From IMG/VR virus record IMGVR_UViG_3300029798_000001: a stretch of 64,000 nt of DNA; one strand, given 5' to 3'. Under the pieces are notes generated by a model, which saw only the letters and a list, made by a program, of their open reading frames with translations, was not told where the DNA came from and did no database searches. Of this stretch, positions 37,376 to 47,180 are shown piece after piece (the stretch's first letter is position 1; each line of letters opens with the position of its first letter). A program made the translations under genes and the position numbers. Source of the DNA: a virus. Its lineage: Duplodnaviria; Caudoviricetes.

Positions 37376-37815
37376 TACAAGAAGAACGCAACACCGTAGA
37401 AAGAGTTATAGCAGCTGCAGATAGGAAAATCTGGGTGACTTTCAAGAAGGAAGGAATCCATCGTTATCCTGCTGCCGCGACAGATCCGTTATTATGCACC
37501 GCTGGTGAATATGATGTTAGCTTTTTGGCTAATCCGCACAGACATATTTTCTGGTTTAAAGTTTGGATAGATGTATTTCATTCTAATAGAGATTTGGAAT
37601 TTATTCAATTTAAGCGTTGGTTAGAGAGTTTATATAGTAAAGATATTTTACAATTAGATTTTAAAAGCGTAGAGATGATTGCCGATGACCTATATATACA
37701 AATAGCCGATCGCTATCCTAATCGTGCTGTAGTAATTGAAGTATCCGAAGACGGCGAGAACGGATGCTCCATTAGTTATAACCTTACTCGTCCAACACAA
37801 TCAATTGTAATTTAA
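37372..37815 (+). CDS. QueD-like T-fold protein, DpdL-type (candidate CDG decarboxylase)
   Basis: LANPHRHIF matches LxxxHRHxF; terminal VSEDGENG T-fold motif; lacks the QueD catalytic Cys. Confidence 0.7.
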   Translation: MIQEERNTVERVIAAADRKIWVTFKKEGIHRYPAAATDPLLCTAGEYDVSFLANPHRHIFWFKVWIDVFHSNRDLEFIQFKRWLESLYSKDILQLDFKSVEMIADDLYIQIADRYPNRAVVIEVSEDGENGCSISYNLTRPTQSIVI

Positions 37816-37825
37816 AGGAAACATC

Positions 37826-38053
37826 ATGGGCAAACCCCAACACCGTGTAAACCCAAGAGCTCTTCAAGCATTTGAAGATTTGTCAACCTACTTGGAATTC
37901 TGCGTAAACTACGGATATCGTTATAACGAAGCCGACTTGTATAACTTTAAGAGTTATGCATGGCAACAGTACAACAAGTTTACACAAGGTAAGAACGCCA
38001 AGAACATGTGGGAAGAAGATACCCGCAGATTCTCAGGATATCGCCGTGCGTAA
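37826..38053 (+). CDS. Hypothetical protein
   Basis: 75-aa ORF with RBS AAGGA. Confidence 0.6.
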   Translation: MGKPQHRVNPRALQAFEDLSTYLEFCVNYGYRYNEADLYNFKSYAWQQYNKFTQGKNAKNMWEEDTRRFSGYRRA

Positions 38054-39248
38054 GTTATTCTACATGGGGATTGAAAAAATAGAATCCCGTTACACTTTAC
38101 AACTAACTGAATGGAATCGGCGTGTATTTGATCGCCGAGGATTAGATGTTGTGTATGTTGATGGTGCAAACATTGACAATACACAGAGTATCTCAGTCGG
38201 ACAAGTGTTAGATGCACACGGTCGTAGTTACTTTAGTATGAGTCAAATGATGAATCTTGTTAAGATGATGAAAGCAGGAGAAGTTACAAGCGACGATATT
38301 ATCTACTTTGAAGACATGTTTACTGTTGGTATTGAAAGCCTACCATATATCCTTGATCAAATAGATCCAAAGTATAGGCCAAAGATTTTTGTTAGATGTT
38401 TGGCCCAATCGGTGGATCCGGATGACTTTGTTCATGTGTGGGGCATGGCGGAATGGATGTCGACTTATGAAAAAATGGTCAACTGTTTTGTTACGGGCGT
38501 CTTAGCCACTAACGAAGAGATGGTGGCTCATATGCGTATTGCCGGGTGGTCAGCTCCTATCTACAATATTTCAGGCCTGGCATTTGGCAAGGAAGAAGTT
38601 CTAGAGCGTATAGGTGGCTCGCAAAATATTCGACCGTTTGACCAACGTAAAATGCGTGTGGGCTTTGCCGCTAGGTTTGACCAAGAGAAGCAACCAGGAT
38701 TCTTTATGGACTTAATTGAGATGTATTATAGTCAAGGTCGTCATAAGGATATTGAATTTGCTGTGTTCCAAGGTGGCCCATTACGCAGTAATAATCCTGA
38801 ATATATTGATCGGGCTCGTCGATTAGAAGCAGAAGGTCGACTTAAAATTTATGAAGGGTTAAAGAAAAATGACTACTATAATTTACTCAATGATACTCGT
38901 GTTTTGTTTAATTGCGCTTTACAAGACTGGGTCTCAAACACCGTTTCTGAAGCTGATACTCTTGGAAGTAATGTGCTTTATCCTGCTTATCGAAGTTTCC
39001 CAGAGACTTTTGCAGATGATCCAAACCGCTTATATGTCCCTTGGAGCATTAATGATGCTTATCACAAGTTAGAAAACTTGTTACAGGAACCCCATCACAA
39101 CCAGGGCTTGATTAGTGACTGGACTGATGGCACCGTAGATCGAGTTGTAGACATCTTAGAAGGCAAGGGCGAATCTTGGAATCGCGCAGGCAATCGTTAT
39201 CGTGATCATGTAAGTCAAGCCAAGTATCAACTAAGGAATAATAAATGA
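38046..39248 (+). CDS. GT-B fold glycosyltransferase
   Basis: FAARFDQEKQP and QDWVSNTVSEAD motifs; likely GTG start at 38046. Confidence 0.75.
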   Translation: MRKLFYMGIEKIESRYTLQLTEWNRRVFDRRGLDVVYVDGANIDNTQSISVGQVLDAHGRSYFSMSQMMNLVKMMKAGEVTSDDIIYFEDMFTVGIESLPYILDQIDPKYRPKIFVRCLAQSVDPDDFVHVWGMAEWMSTYEKMVNCFVTGVLATNEEMVAHMRIAGWSAPIYNISGLAFGKEEVLERIGGSQNIRPFDQRKMRVGFAARFDQEKQPGFFMDLIEMYYSQGRHKDIEFAVFQGGPLRSNNPEYIDRARRLEAEGRLKIYEGLKKNDYYNLLNDTRVLFNCALQDWVSNTVSEADTLGSNVLYPAYRSFPETFADDPNRLYVPWSINDAYHKLENLLQEPHHNQGLISDWTDGTVDRVVDILEGKGESWNRAGNRYRDHVSQAKYQLRNNK

Positions 39249-40198
39249 AGGTAATGGTAACTGGGGCCGCTGGATATATCGGCGGCGAAACGCTATTAAA
39301 ATTAGTGGATGCCGGGCACGAGGTGTTAGGGGTTGATATTCGCATGCCACCGGAGTATTTGTTAAGGGTGCTAGGAATCTGGTGGCACACTGGTGATTTT
39401 GCTGGCGAGGTTGGCCTAGAAACTATTAAAATGTTTCAACCTGAGGTAATTATCCATTGTGCTGGTACTAGCCTAGTAGGGCCTAGCGTACTCAATCCTA
39501 GATTGTATTATGATAATAATTTTGTTAAAACTAAAATATTATTAGATTATCTTATTGATAATAAGTTAAATCATATTCGAGTTATTTTTAGTTCTAGTGC
39601 CGCTGTGTACGGTGAACCTATAATGACACCATGTGATGAAGTAGATCCTACCTTACCGGTAAGTCCATATGGCGAAAGCAAGTTAATGATCGAGTGGATG
39701 CTATCTAATTACGCTCGGTCTTATGATTTAAATTATGTAGCATTTCGTTACTTTAATGCCTGTGGTGCAGATAGTCAAGGGCGACACGGGCAAGAACCTG
39801 GAGCGACACATATTATTGCCAGAGTACTGGAAGCTATTAAAAACGATCAAGATTTTACTTTGTACGGTACTCGGTATCCTACACCAGATGGTACTTGTAT
39901 TCGTGATTATATTCATGTGGAGGATTTAGCTGCCGCACATATTAGAGCAGTAGAAAAAGATATTACAGCAGGAATTTATAATCTTGGAAATAATACAGGC
40001 CACAGCAATCTTGAAATTATCCAGGCCGCTGCAAGAATTACAAACAAGGATGTGGGTGTATTGCATGGAGAACCAAGGACGGGCGATCCAGCGATGTTAA
40101 CCGCCCGTGCTGATAAATTCCAAAAATTATCTGGGTGGGTTCCTACATTTGGGTTAGATAGTATTATACAGCACGCCTGGAGCTGGTATAATAGATGA
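39245..40198 (+). CDS. galE: UDP-glucose 4-epimerase
   Basis: TGAAGYIG, SSSAAVYG, YGESK, FRYFNACGA and DGTCIRDYIHVEDLA. Confidence 0.9.
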   Translation: MKVMVTGAAGYIGGETLLKLVDAGHEVLGVDIRMPPEYLLRVLGIWWHTGDFAGEVGLETIKMFQPEVIIHCAGTSLVGPSVLNPRLYYDNNFVKTKILLDYLIDNKLNHIRVIFSSSAAVYGEPIMTPCDEVDPTLPVSPYGESKLMIEWMLSNYARSYDLNYVAFRYFNACGADSQGRHGQEPGATHIIARVLEAIKNDQDFTLYGTRYPTPDGTCIRDYIHVEDLAAAHIRAVEKDITAGIYNLGNNTGHSNLEIIQAAARITNKDVGVLHGEPRTGDPAMLTARADKFQKLSGWVPTFGLDSIIQHAWSWYNR

Positions 40199-40788
40199 GT
40201 TTTCAAACACTATTTGATTTTGAATTGGCATTAGCCAAATATACCGGCGCACCGTATGCGGTTGTTACTGATGGATGTACCCACGCATTGGAATTATGCT
40301 TTAGGCATGATCAAATAAAAAAAACAGCATTTACACCTTTTACCTATCTTAGCATTCCTATGCTAATGCATCATTTAGGTATTGAATACCAGTTTCATAA
40401 CGAAAGTCATAGACAACATACATGGACCGGTGAGTATCATTTTGAAGGCACTAGAATTTGGGATAGTGCTCGCAGACTAGAACACGGAATGTATAAGAAG
40501 GGATTTATGCAATGCCTAAGTTTTGGCTGGACTAAACCATTGCAAATAGGCAAGGTTGGTGCTATTTTATTAGATGATTATGAAGCATACAAAAAGTTTA
40601 GTCGTCAACGAGCAGACGGGCGCGATCTAAATATTCCATGGGAAAAAGAAACACAGTTAATCTTGGGTTACCATTACTGCCCTACATTAGAATTATGTGC
40701 TAAGGGGTTAGAGTTGTTACCAACTATTATTCCTCAATCACAATCTGCAGTTTATCCAGACTGTAGAAAAATTTCATTTGCACCTTGA
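40195..40788 (+). CDS. Short DegT/DnrJ-like PLP-dependent protein
   Basis: AVVTDGCTHAL, DSARR and CLSFGWTKPL (PLP Lys); shorter than the full-length enzymes. Confidence 0.7.
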   Translation: MSFQTLFDFELALAKYTGAPYAVVTDGCTHALELCFRHDQIKKTAFTPFTYLSIPMLMHHLGIEYQFHNESHRQHTWTGEYHFEGTRIWDSARRLEHGMYKKGFMQCLSFGWTKPLQIGKVGAILLDDYEAYKKFSRQRADGRDLNIPWEKETQLILGYHYCPTLELCAKGLELLPTIIPQSQSAVYPDCRKISFAP

Positions 40789-40813
40789 CACGGTCCTAAA
40801 TAACTGTTACAAT
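40785..40813 (+). promoter_or_regulatory. Nested sigma70 and late promoter for folE
   Basis: TTGACA-17-TACAAT with TAAATA (40797) in the spacer. Confidence 0.75.
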
Positions 40814-40833
40814 AGCAATATATCGGAGAATAA

Positions 40834-41580
40834 ATGAAATTAGAACCAGTAACACTAGATAACATCGACGAAGGTGGTTACCAAGATCACGAAATGAACT
40901 TAGCCGACTCTATCCGCCGTCAAATGAAGCGTGATAAGAAACGCTTTTGGGCAGGTGATAACATTAGCGATTATGTAGACGATTATCGCAAGCAAATATT
41001 AATCAACGAAGCAACTGTAGCATTTGAAAGTGTATTAGATGCATTGTTAATTGATCGTGAAAACGATCCTAACTCAAAAGGCACAGCACATCGCTTGGCC
41101 AAGATGTATTACAACGAAATTATGGGAGGTCGATATGATCCAGCTCCTAGCGCAACAGCTTTTCCAAACGATTCAGCGGATAGATATGAAGGTATGTTGG
41201 TTGTGCGTAGCGAGTTGCGTAGTATGTGTAGCCATCATCATCAACCTGTGTCTGGTGTTGCTTACATTGGAATTATTGCAGCCAATAAACTTATTGGCCT
41301 TAGCAAATATACTCGTATCGCTCAGTGGTGTGCTCGTCGTGGCACACTTCAAGAAGAACTATGTAATGACATTGCCCGCGAAATAATGCGAGCAACTGAT
41401 AGTGAGAATGTCGGTGTGTATATACAAGCTCAACATGGGTGTTGTGAAAATAGGGGCATAATGGCACACTCTAGTCTAACACAGACCACAGTATTAAAAG
41501 GTGTATTTCAAAGAGACCCAGGAACTAAGAAAGAGTTCATGGACAATATCAAACTACAACAGGACTTTGCCCCTAGATGA
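40834..41580 (+). CDS. folE: GTP cyclohydrolase I
   Basis: SMCSHH, GLSKY, LQE and HGCCENRG motifs. Confidence 0.95.
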   Translation: MKLEPVTLDNIDEGGYQDHEMNLADSIRRQMKRDKKRFWAGDNISDYVDDYRKQILINEATVAFESVLDALLIDRENDPNSKGTAHRLAKMYYNEIMGGRYDPAPSATAFPNDSADRYEGMLVVRSELRSMCSHHHQPVSGVAYIGIIAANKLIGLSKYTRIAQWCARRGTLQEELCNDIAREIMRATDSENVGVYIQAQHGCCENRGIMAHSSLTQTTVLKGVFQRDPGTKKEFMDNIKLQQDFAPR

Positions 41581-42296
41581 AAATATTAGACAATCTAAAT
41601 TTAGAATTTAGAGAAGCAGTATATATGAATGGCCCAGGACAATGGTTGTGGCCAAAAGATGATCAGCAGTGTTGGAATTATTTTAACACCAGTGAAAAGA
41701 CACTGTTTGACAGCAAAGGGAAAACCCCCTATCACTTACCACACGATATTATAGAATTATTACCAGTTAACAGACGAGATCTTATTTTTCAAGCAGGTGG
41801 CAATGGTGGATTGTATCCATCAATCTATGCAGAATTCTTTAAACAGGTTATAACATTTGAACCGCATTATAGATGGTTTGCTTGTTTGAGTATAAATGCC
41901 CCCGAGGATAATGTTTTTAAATATCGTGCGGCATTAGGAAATGATAACGAACCTATACAAATTGTAATACCCGATAACAATATGGGAGGTATGTATATGC
42001 AACCCGATGGTATCATTCCTAAGTTAAAAATTGATTCATTTGGATTAAATCCAGATCTAATACACCTAGATATCGAAGGTGCAGAATATGATGCCTTGTG
42101 TGGTGCTGTAGAAACCATTAAAAGATCTAGTCCGGCAATTGTTCTTGAATGGGATAGCGGCATTATGCGTAGGTTTGGATATTCAAGTGGTGTCCTTGAA
42201 CAATTTTTTAAAGATAACAATTATGTTTTACAAAAATCCTGGCCAAGAGATCGTGCCTATGTACATGAAAGTAATTATAAAGAGGAATTAAAATGA
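41577..42296 (+). CDS. FkbM-family methyltransferase
   Basis: QAGGNGG, TFEP and HLDIEGAE. Confidence 0.75.
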   Translation: MKILDNLNLEFREAVYMNGPGQWLWPKDDQQCWNYFNTSEKTLFDSKGKTPYHLPHDIIELLPVNRRDLIFQAGGNGGLYPSIYAEFFKQVITFEPHYRWFACLSINAPEDNVFKYRAALGNDNEPIQIVIPDNNMGGMYMQPDGIIPKLKIDSFGLNPDLIHLDIEGAEYDALCGAVETIKRSSPAIVLEWDSGIMRRFGYSSGVLEQFFKDNNYVLQKSWPRDRAYVHESNYKEELK

Positions 42297-42427
42297 TGAA
42301 CGCAAAAGATTTAGCAGATCAATTGATCGATTGTGCTAAAAATCTACAAGAGTTTTGTGTTCCGGCTATGACTCGGGCCGAGGCCGAAAGTCGTGTCGAT
42401 GCCCGGTTAAACGGTCAACGAGTGTGA
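42293..42427 (+). CDS. Small hypothetical protein
   Basis: 44-aa ORF behind RBS GAGGA, overlapping the ferredoxin start. Confidence 0.4.
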   Translation: MMNAKDLADQLIDCAKNLQEFCVPAMTRAEAESRVDARLNGQRV

Positions 42428-42750
42428 CCTATGTTGTAGCAGAAGGATGTATTCTCTGTAAGCATACTGATTGTGTTGATGTTTGTCCGGTAGATTGTTT
42501 TGTAGAGGGGCCAAACTTTTTGGCTATTGATCCTGACGGGTGTATTGACTGTGCGGTGTGTGTTCCAGAATGTCCAGAAAATGCCATCTACGCCGAAGAC
42601 GATGTTCCGGAAGATCAAAAGCAATTTATTGCAATCAATGCCGAACTGGCTAAGATTTGGAAACCTATTACCAAATCTAAAGACTCTATGCCCGAAGCTG
42701 AAAAATGGGCCGGTGTTGCTAATAAACTACAGTATCTAAAACGCAGTTGA
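42424..42750 (+). CDS. fdxA: 7Fe ferredoxin (FdxA family)
   Basis: TYVV..C..CK.TDCVDVCPVDCF...CIDCAVCVPECP; GTG start. Confidence 0.9.
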   Translation: MTYVVAEGCILCKHTDCVDVCPVDCFVEGPNFLAIDPDGCIDCAVCVPECPENAIYAEDDVPEDQKQFIAINAELAKIWKPITKSKDSMPEAEKWAGVANKLQYLKRS

Positions 42751-42775
42751 CCCAAAAATAGTTATTTGTTATAAT
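42747..42775 (+). promoter_or_regulatory. sigma70 promoter
   Basis: TTGACC-17-TATAAT. Confidence 0.8.
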
Positions 42776-42807
42776 AGTTGTATGATCAATTATTATAGAC
42801 TATAATC

Positions 42808-45420
42808 GTGAAGAAAAAAACTGTATTCCGTCGTACTGCCATGGCCATAGCGGTATCTACCGTTTTCTTATTATCAGCTTGTGGTGGAGGAGGTGGTGGA
42901 GGAGGAGGTGGAGGTTCCAGCCCTTCATATACTAAACCAGATACACCTACTCAGTATTATAGTTCTGGCACCCTGGCCAATTATGGATTTACCGCTGGGT
43001 CACGCTCGACGGTTCCTTACAGCACTCCTACTCTAGTCAGCACATTTAATCCTTACTCTGCGGATTCTAAGACCACTAACGTCAGCCAACAATATGTAGT
43101 AAATAATTTAACCGGCGATGGCGCCGATGATATGATTATCACTGGTCGTGCCACCCAACCGACTACTGCCGCAAACTGGACCAATTCTTCTATACAACTG
43201 TTCAATTGGGAAAACGGTCAGTTTGTTAATAATACAGCCAAGTGGTTTGCTTCTGGCACCAACTCTATTTTGGGGACTGATCCTACAGTGCAGTTTGCTG
43301 ATTTTTTCCATACCGGTCATACTGACATGTTGATCAGTCCCAGCACCGATATGCAATGGTTTGGATCCAGTGGTATTAGCCAAGCATGGTTATTTAAAAA
43401 TACAGGTAATCAATTTAATTTAAACACTATCGATCTTGGTGCACAAGTATGGGGGCACGGTGCTACCATTGCCGACTTGACCAAGACCGGCTGGATGGAT
43501 GCTATTATCACCGACTATGGTCCCAATACCACTTTCTTAATGAACAATCGCGTAAACGGATTTACAGTATATCAAGCAACCGGTAAAAATGATCTTTACT
43601 GGGGCACAAGTAGTATAGCAGCCGCAGACTTTATGAACAATGGTTCAACACAAATAGTAGCCACAGACAGCACCTGTGCAAATGGTAGTAATATGCTTGG
43701 TTGCGGAGCATCTACTACTAAAATGTATTCTTGGGCTATTGATCCTGTTACTAATAAACTTAGTATTAACTGGGCACAGGACTTACCAACTCCTATTCTA
43801 GGTAACAGTAGTCATAATTATCTGGTTATTAACTACGACTTCCTTAGCAACGGAAATCAAGATTTAATTGTGTTTAGCCAACCTAATTTGAGTTCTGTTA
43901 AACAATCAGCCATACAATTTTTACAAAACGACGGGCATGGCAATTTTACCGACGTGACCAGCAGTATGTTAGTGGGCTACAATACCAATACCTACGGCAC
44001 ATACCATCCACAATTTGTAGATCTTGGCAATGGTCAAATGAGTATGATAGTAAGTCAGCAAGATTATTCGGGCACAGCAAATAGTAGCACACAAATCTTA
44101 ATTAAACAAAGTGCCACAGGTCCGTATGTGTCAGCGTTTCAAAATATTATCACAGATTTTGCCAGCCAGGCCAATTTGATTGCCAGCAGTAGTAACAGTG
44201 GAAATCAAGTTGCTATAGTTAAAGATGCTAGTAAAAATTTATATCTAGTAAGCACTCTACAGTTCCAAGGTAACGCTAATAGTCCAATGCGGATGAGCAC
44301 CTATCTGAGTTTAATTGGCGGCAGTATAAGCACTACTACTGCCCAGGCCGCATTTAATCAAGTCAAGGCCGTGTGGCCTTGGATGAGTCCGGCCCAGGTC
44401 AACCAAGTTTTAGCGCAAACATCTAGTAGCTACATGACCGACGCCGGCGTCGGATTGGTATTAAATCCTGATAAGATGCTGAACCCAGTGGGCGCAATGA
44501 GCGTAGCTACTAGATCTGGTGCCATGCCCTTGTCTGGAGGTATTGCCGGTGTTAATCTTGGCGGCATGAATCAGCTACAGGCCTTTGACAGTCTTGGTCG
44601 CAACTATACAGTAAATTTTGCTAACAGTAATTACACAGGCCCTAACAGTTTTAACACCAACACCGAACATATCGATCAGTATAATATGACCAGTCACACA
44701 GAATACTTGTTAAACGGCCCTACTAATACAGTATATTCACCCATAGGTGCCATGCGCCTAGGGTATGAAAATCGTAATCCGTTTAACACCATGGGTGCTC
44801 CTGTAGCTCCTCGAGAGTTCGGTGACCAGTCCGGTAATCAAGGATTGTACTTGGGTATGACGCAACCTAAGCAGTGGAGTTTTGGCCTGCCCGAAATATA
44901 CCGTAATGGTAACTTCTCAACTGGCCTACAATATACCAGCCTTAACACCAACCCCTGGGTAAACTTCACTGGAGCATTTGGTTCAGTTAGTAATAGTGGC
45001 ACTCTTGAACAAGTAGCGACCTACGCACGAGACGGATTTAGTGTGCAGGGTGCCATCATGCGGACCACTACTAATTTTAGATCTGGTATGGTCACTGACG
45101 TAACTCCAATTACAGCGGCCTGGGCTGAAACCGGTTATAGATATCGCGAAGATCCGTTTGGTGATCTGGGTGTTTATGTGGGTGTTAAACCGGTAGTCCT
45201 AAATGGTAGTGTAACAGCGATCTTGCCAACCGGTGTTGACAATGCTGGCAATACCGTATATACTACAAACAAGATGGGTATTGCGAGTAACACTACTCCA
45301 TACCTTAGAGTTTTATACACTGGTGTTATTGATCGCAACAATGGCTATAGATTAAGTGGAATGACCACTCAAGACGGTTTCTACCGCGCAATGGCCGAAT
45401 ATAGATATACATTTAATTAA
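42808..45420 (+). CDS. Large surface lipoprotein: Gly linker, FG-GAP/VCBS-like repeats, probable C-terminal beta-barrel
   Basis: Lipobox LSAC plus 11 Gly; LTGDGADDMII, DFFHTGHTDML, DFMNNGSTQIV and DFLSNGNQDLI repeats; ends in amphipathic strands AEYRYTFN. Confidence 0.65.
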   Translation: MKKKTVFRRTAMAIAVSTVFLLSACGGGGGGGGGGGSSPSYTKPDTPTQYYSSGTLANYGFTAGSRSTVPYSTPTLVSTFNPYSADSKTTNVSQQYVVNNLTGDGADDMIITGRATQPTTAANWTNSSIQLFNWENGQFVNNTAKWFASGTNSILGTDPTVQFADFFHTGHTDMLISPSTDMQWFGSSGISQAWLFKNTGNQFNLNTIDLGAQVWGHGATIADLTKTGWMDAIITDYGPNTTFLMNNRVNGFTVYQATGKNDLYWGTSSIAAADFMNNGSTQIVATDSTCANGSNMLGCGASTTKMYSWAIDPVTNKLSINWAQDLPTPILGNSSHNYLVINYDFLSNGNQDLIVFSQPNLSSVKQSAIQFLQNDGHGNFTDVTSSMLVGYNTNTYGTYHPQFVDLGNGQMSMIVSQQDYSGTANSSTQILIKQSATGPYVSAFQNIITDFASQANLIASSSNSGNQVAIVKDASKNLYLVSTLQFQGNANSPMRMSTYLSLIGGSISTTTAQAAFNQVKAVWPWMSPAQVNQVLAQTSSSYMTDAGVGLVLNPDKMLNPVGAMSVATRSGAMPLSGGIAGVNLGGMNQLQAFDSLGRNYTVNFANSNYTGPNSFNTNTEHIDQYNMTSHTEYLLNGPTNTVYSPIGAMRLGYENRNPFNTMGAPVAPREFGDQSGNQGLYLGMTQPKQWSFGLPEIYRNGNFSTGLQYTSLNTNPWVNFTGAFGSVSNSGTLEQVATYARDGFSVQGAIMRTTTNFRSGMVTDVTPITAAWAETGYRYREDPFGDLGVYVGVKPVVLNGSVTAILPTGVDNAGNTVYTTNKMGIASNTTPYLRVLYTGVIDRNNGYRLSGMTTQDGFYRAMAEYRYTFN

Positions 45421-45421
45421 T

Positions 45422-45790
45422 ATGACAACATTACTAGACACACAAGAAGCAGGCATTGCACCCTGGATTGATAAGATAAAAGATCATCCATTGGTTGCAG
45501 TATACCTAGACCGATATCCTTGCACTCCCGGACATAGATTATATGTGCCTAAAGACGATAATCCAAATTGGATTGTGCAGGCCATGGAACAAGCCCTAGC
45601 CGACGGTAATCATATGGTAGAACAAGGTGAGTGTGATGGGTTTAACATTGGTTTTAATTCTGGCACAGCAGCTGGACAGACTGTTATGTATCCTCACGTT
45701 CATCTTATTCCACGCAGAGCGGGCGATGTAGAAGATCCAGTAGGTGGCGTTAGAAATACAATACCCGGTAAAGGAAACTATAAGAAATGA
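45422..45790 (+). CDS. HIT-family nucleotide hydrolase
   Basis: AGQTVMYPHVHLIPR. Confidence 0.9.
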   Translation: MTTLLDTQEAGIAPWIDKIKDHPLVAVYLDRYPCTPGHRLYVPKDDNPNWIVQAMEQALADGNHMVEQGECDGFNIGFNSGTAAGQTVMYPHVHLIPRRAGDVEDPVGGVRNTIPGKGNYKK

Positions 45791-45948
45791 TTATTGAATT
45801 AATTGGAACTTGGATAGTTATTGGATTCTTTACAGCAATTGGATGGGGCACTGCTCAAAAAACTGTAGTGGAGCCATACATTAATCCAGCAATTGACAAA
45901 GTAATGCCTCCAGTAAAACCAGAAGCACCTACTGAACAAACTAAATAA
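45787..45948 (+). CDS. Small membrane protein
   Basis: 53-aa ORF with one TM segment, read manually. Confidence 0.5.
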   Translation: MIIELIGTWIVIGFFTAIGWGTAQKTVVEPYINPAIDKVMPPVKPEAPTEQTK

Positions 45949-45969
45949 ATTCACTAAGAAAGAGATTAA

Positions 45970-46203
45970 ATGGCACAAGACAGAACTTTTACACTCGAAT
46001 TGAAAAATGATCAAACGATCACTTTGAAGTTTTCACCGATTGAATCTACCGGCGATCGCTTATGGCAGATGTTTGCAACTACAGAAGCACTCGATATTGT
46101 GGAACAACTGATTAGTCAAGGTGCTGATACTAGCACTAAGTCGGCTAGAAAAACAGCGCCAGATCCTGGTGCAGTCACAGTCACACCCAAAAAGAAAAAG
46201 TAA
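45970..46203 (+). CDS. Hypothetical protein
   Basis: 77-aa ORF. Confidence 0.55.
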   Translation: MAQDRTFTLELKNDQTITLKFSPIESTGDRLWQMFATTEALDIVEQLISQGADTSTKSARKTAPDPGAVTVTPKKKK

Positions 46204-46208
46204 ACAAC

Positions 46209-46275
46209 ACCGGCCTTTACGGCGTCACCCCGGTATACAAACTCTGCCGCCTATGCTATAATCTAACATAGGAGA
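46209..46275 (+). promoter_or_regulatory. Candidate structured leader (pseudoknot plus SD-sequestering hairpin), or extended -10 promoter
   Basis: ACCGG/CCGGT stem; loop GGCG complementary to CGCC at 46248; CCTATG/CATAGG hairpin covering AGGAG; TGCTATAAT at 46254. Confidence 0.4.
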
Positions 46276-46330
46276 ATATATTTAAAACTACCATAGTATG
46301 ATAAATAAAGTTAGACTATGGAGAGTTGAA

Positions 46331-47179
46331 ATGTATTATCTTATGATAAAAGAGATTGAACAAACAGGGTTAAAATACCTCTGTAAACGAAAACAATACA
46401 AAGACCCATTAGACCACATCAAATACAAGGGGTCCGGTAAACTTTGGAGACGCACTTTAAATGCTCATCCAGAGTATACACTAAAAACAACTGTATTAGG
46501 ATTGTATGATAAAAACGACCTAGCAAAATATGGTCTATATTATAGCAATCTATACAACATAGTTGAATCAAAAGAGTGGGCAAACTTGATGCCTGAAGTA
46601 GGAGCCGGCGGACAAACTCACAAAGGAACCCATCCATACAAGAATATTGAAACAGGTGCTATTGTGTATAGAACGGAATGCCCAGAGGGACACGAGCCAT
46701 TCTTTAACACACAAAAAGAAACCAGAGTTATACACAACCCATTGACAGGCGAGTCTAAAAAGGTCGAGCCAACTGCTATTACTCCAGAAGGGTGGGTAGA
46801 TGGCGGTGTTAAAGGCAAATCATATGGACCAAAAAAAGGACAGACTAAAGTTTATCATAATGGCAAACATAAGATTTATATCAAACACGGAGATCCTGTT
46901 CCGGAAGGATTTGAGCCCGGTGTCCATTATACAGGAACTACCAAAGGAAGAGTAGGGTGCCATAATCCACTTACTAAAGAAAAACGGTATATTGATAAAA
47001 ATGATCTTGTCCCGGAAGGATTTGTAGTAGGGCTCACTCCGACTACTGGCAAAAAAATAAGCACTCCGTTTGGAGTATTTAATAGCGTAACTGAGTGTAT
47101 GGCAAATACAAAGTTGACAAGATACGCTATTGAGTGTAAAATTAAAACAGAAAACAATTGGTTTTATATAAAGGATTAA
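46331..47179 (+). mobile_element. Free-standing GIY-YIG (Seg-like) homing endonuclease
   Basis: YYLMIK...TGLKYLCK...YKGSGKLW; three HN...PEG(W/F)..G repeats; TAAATA at 46302. Confidence 0.75.
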
Positions 47180-47180
47180 A

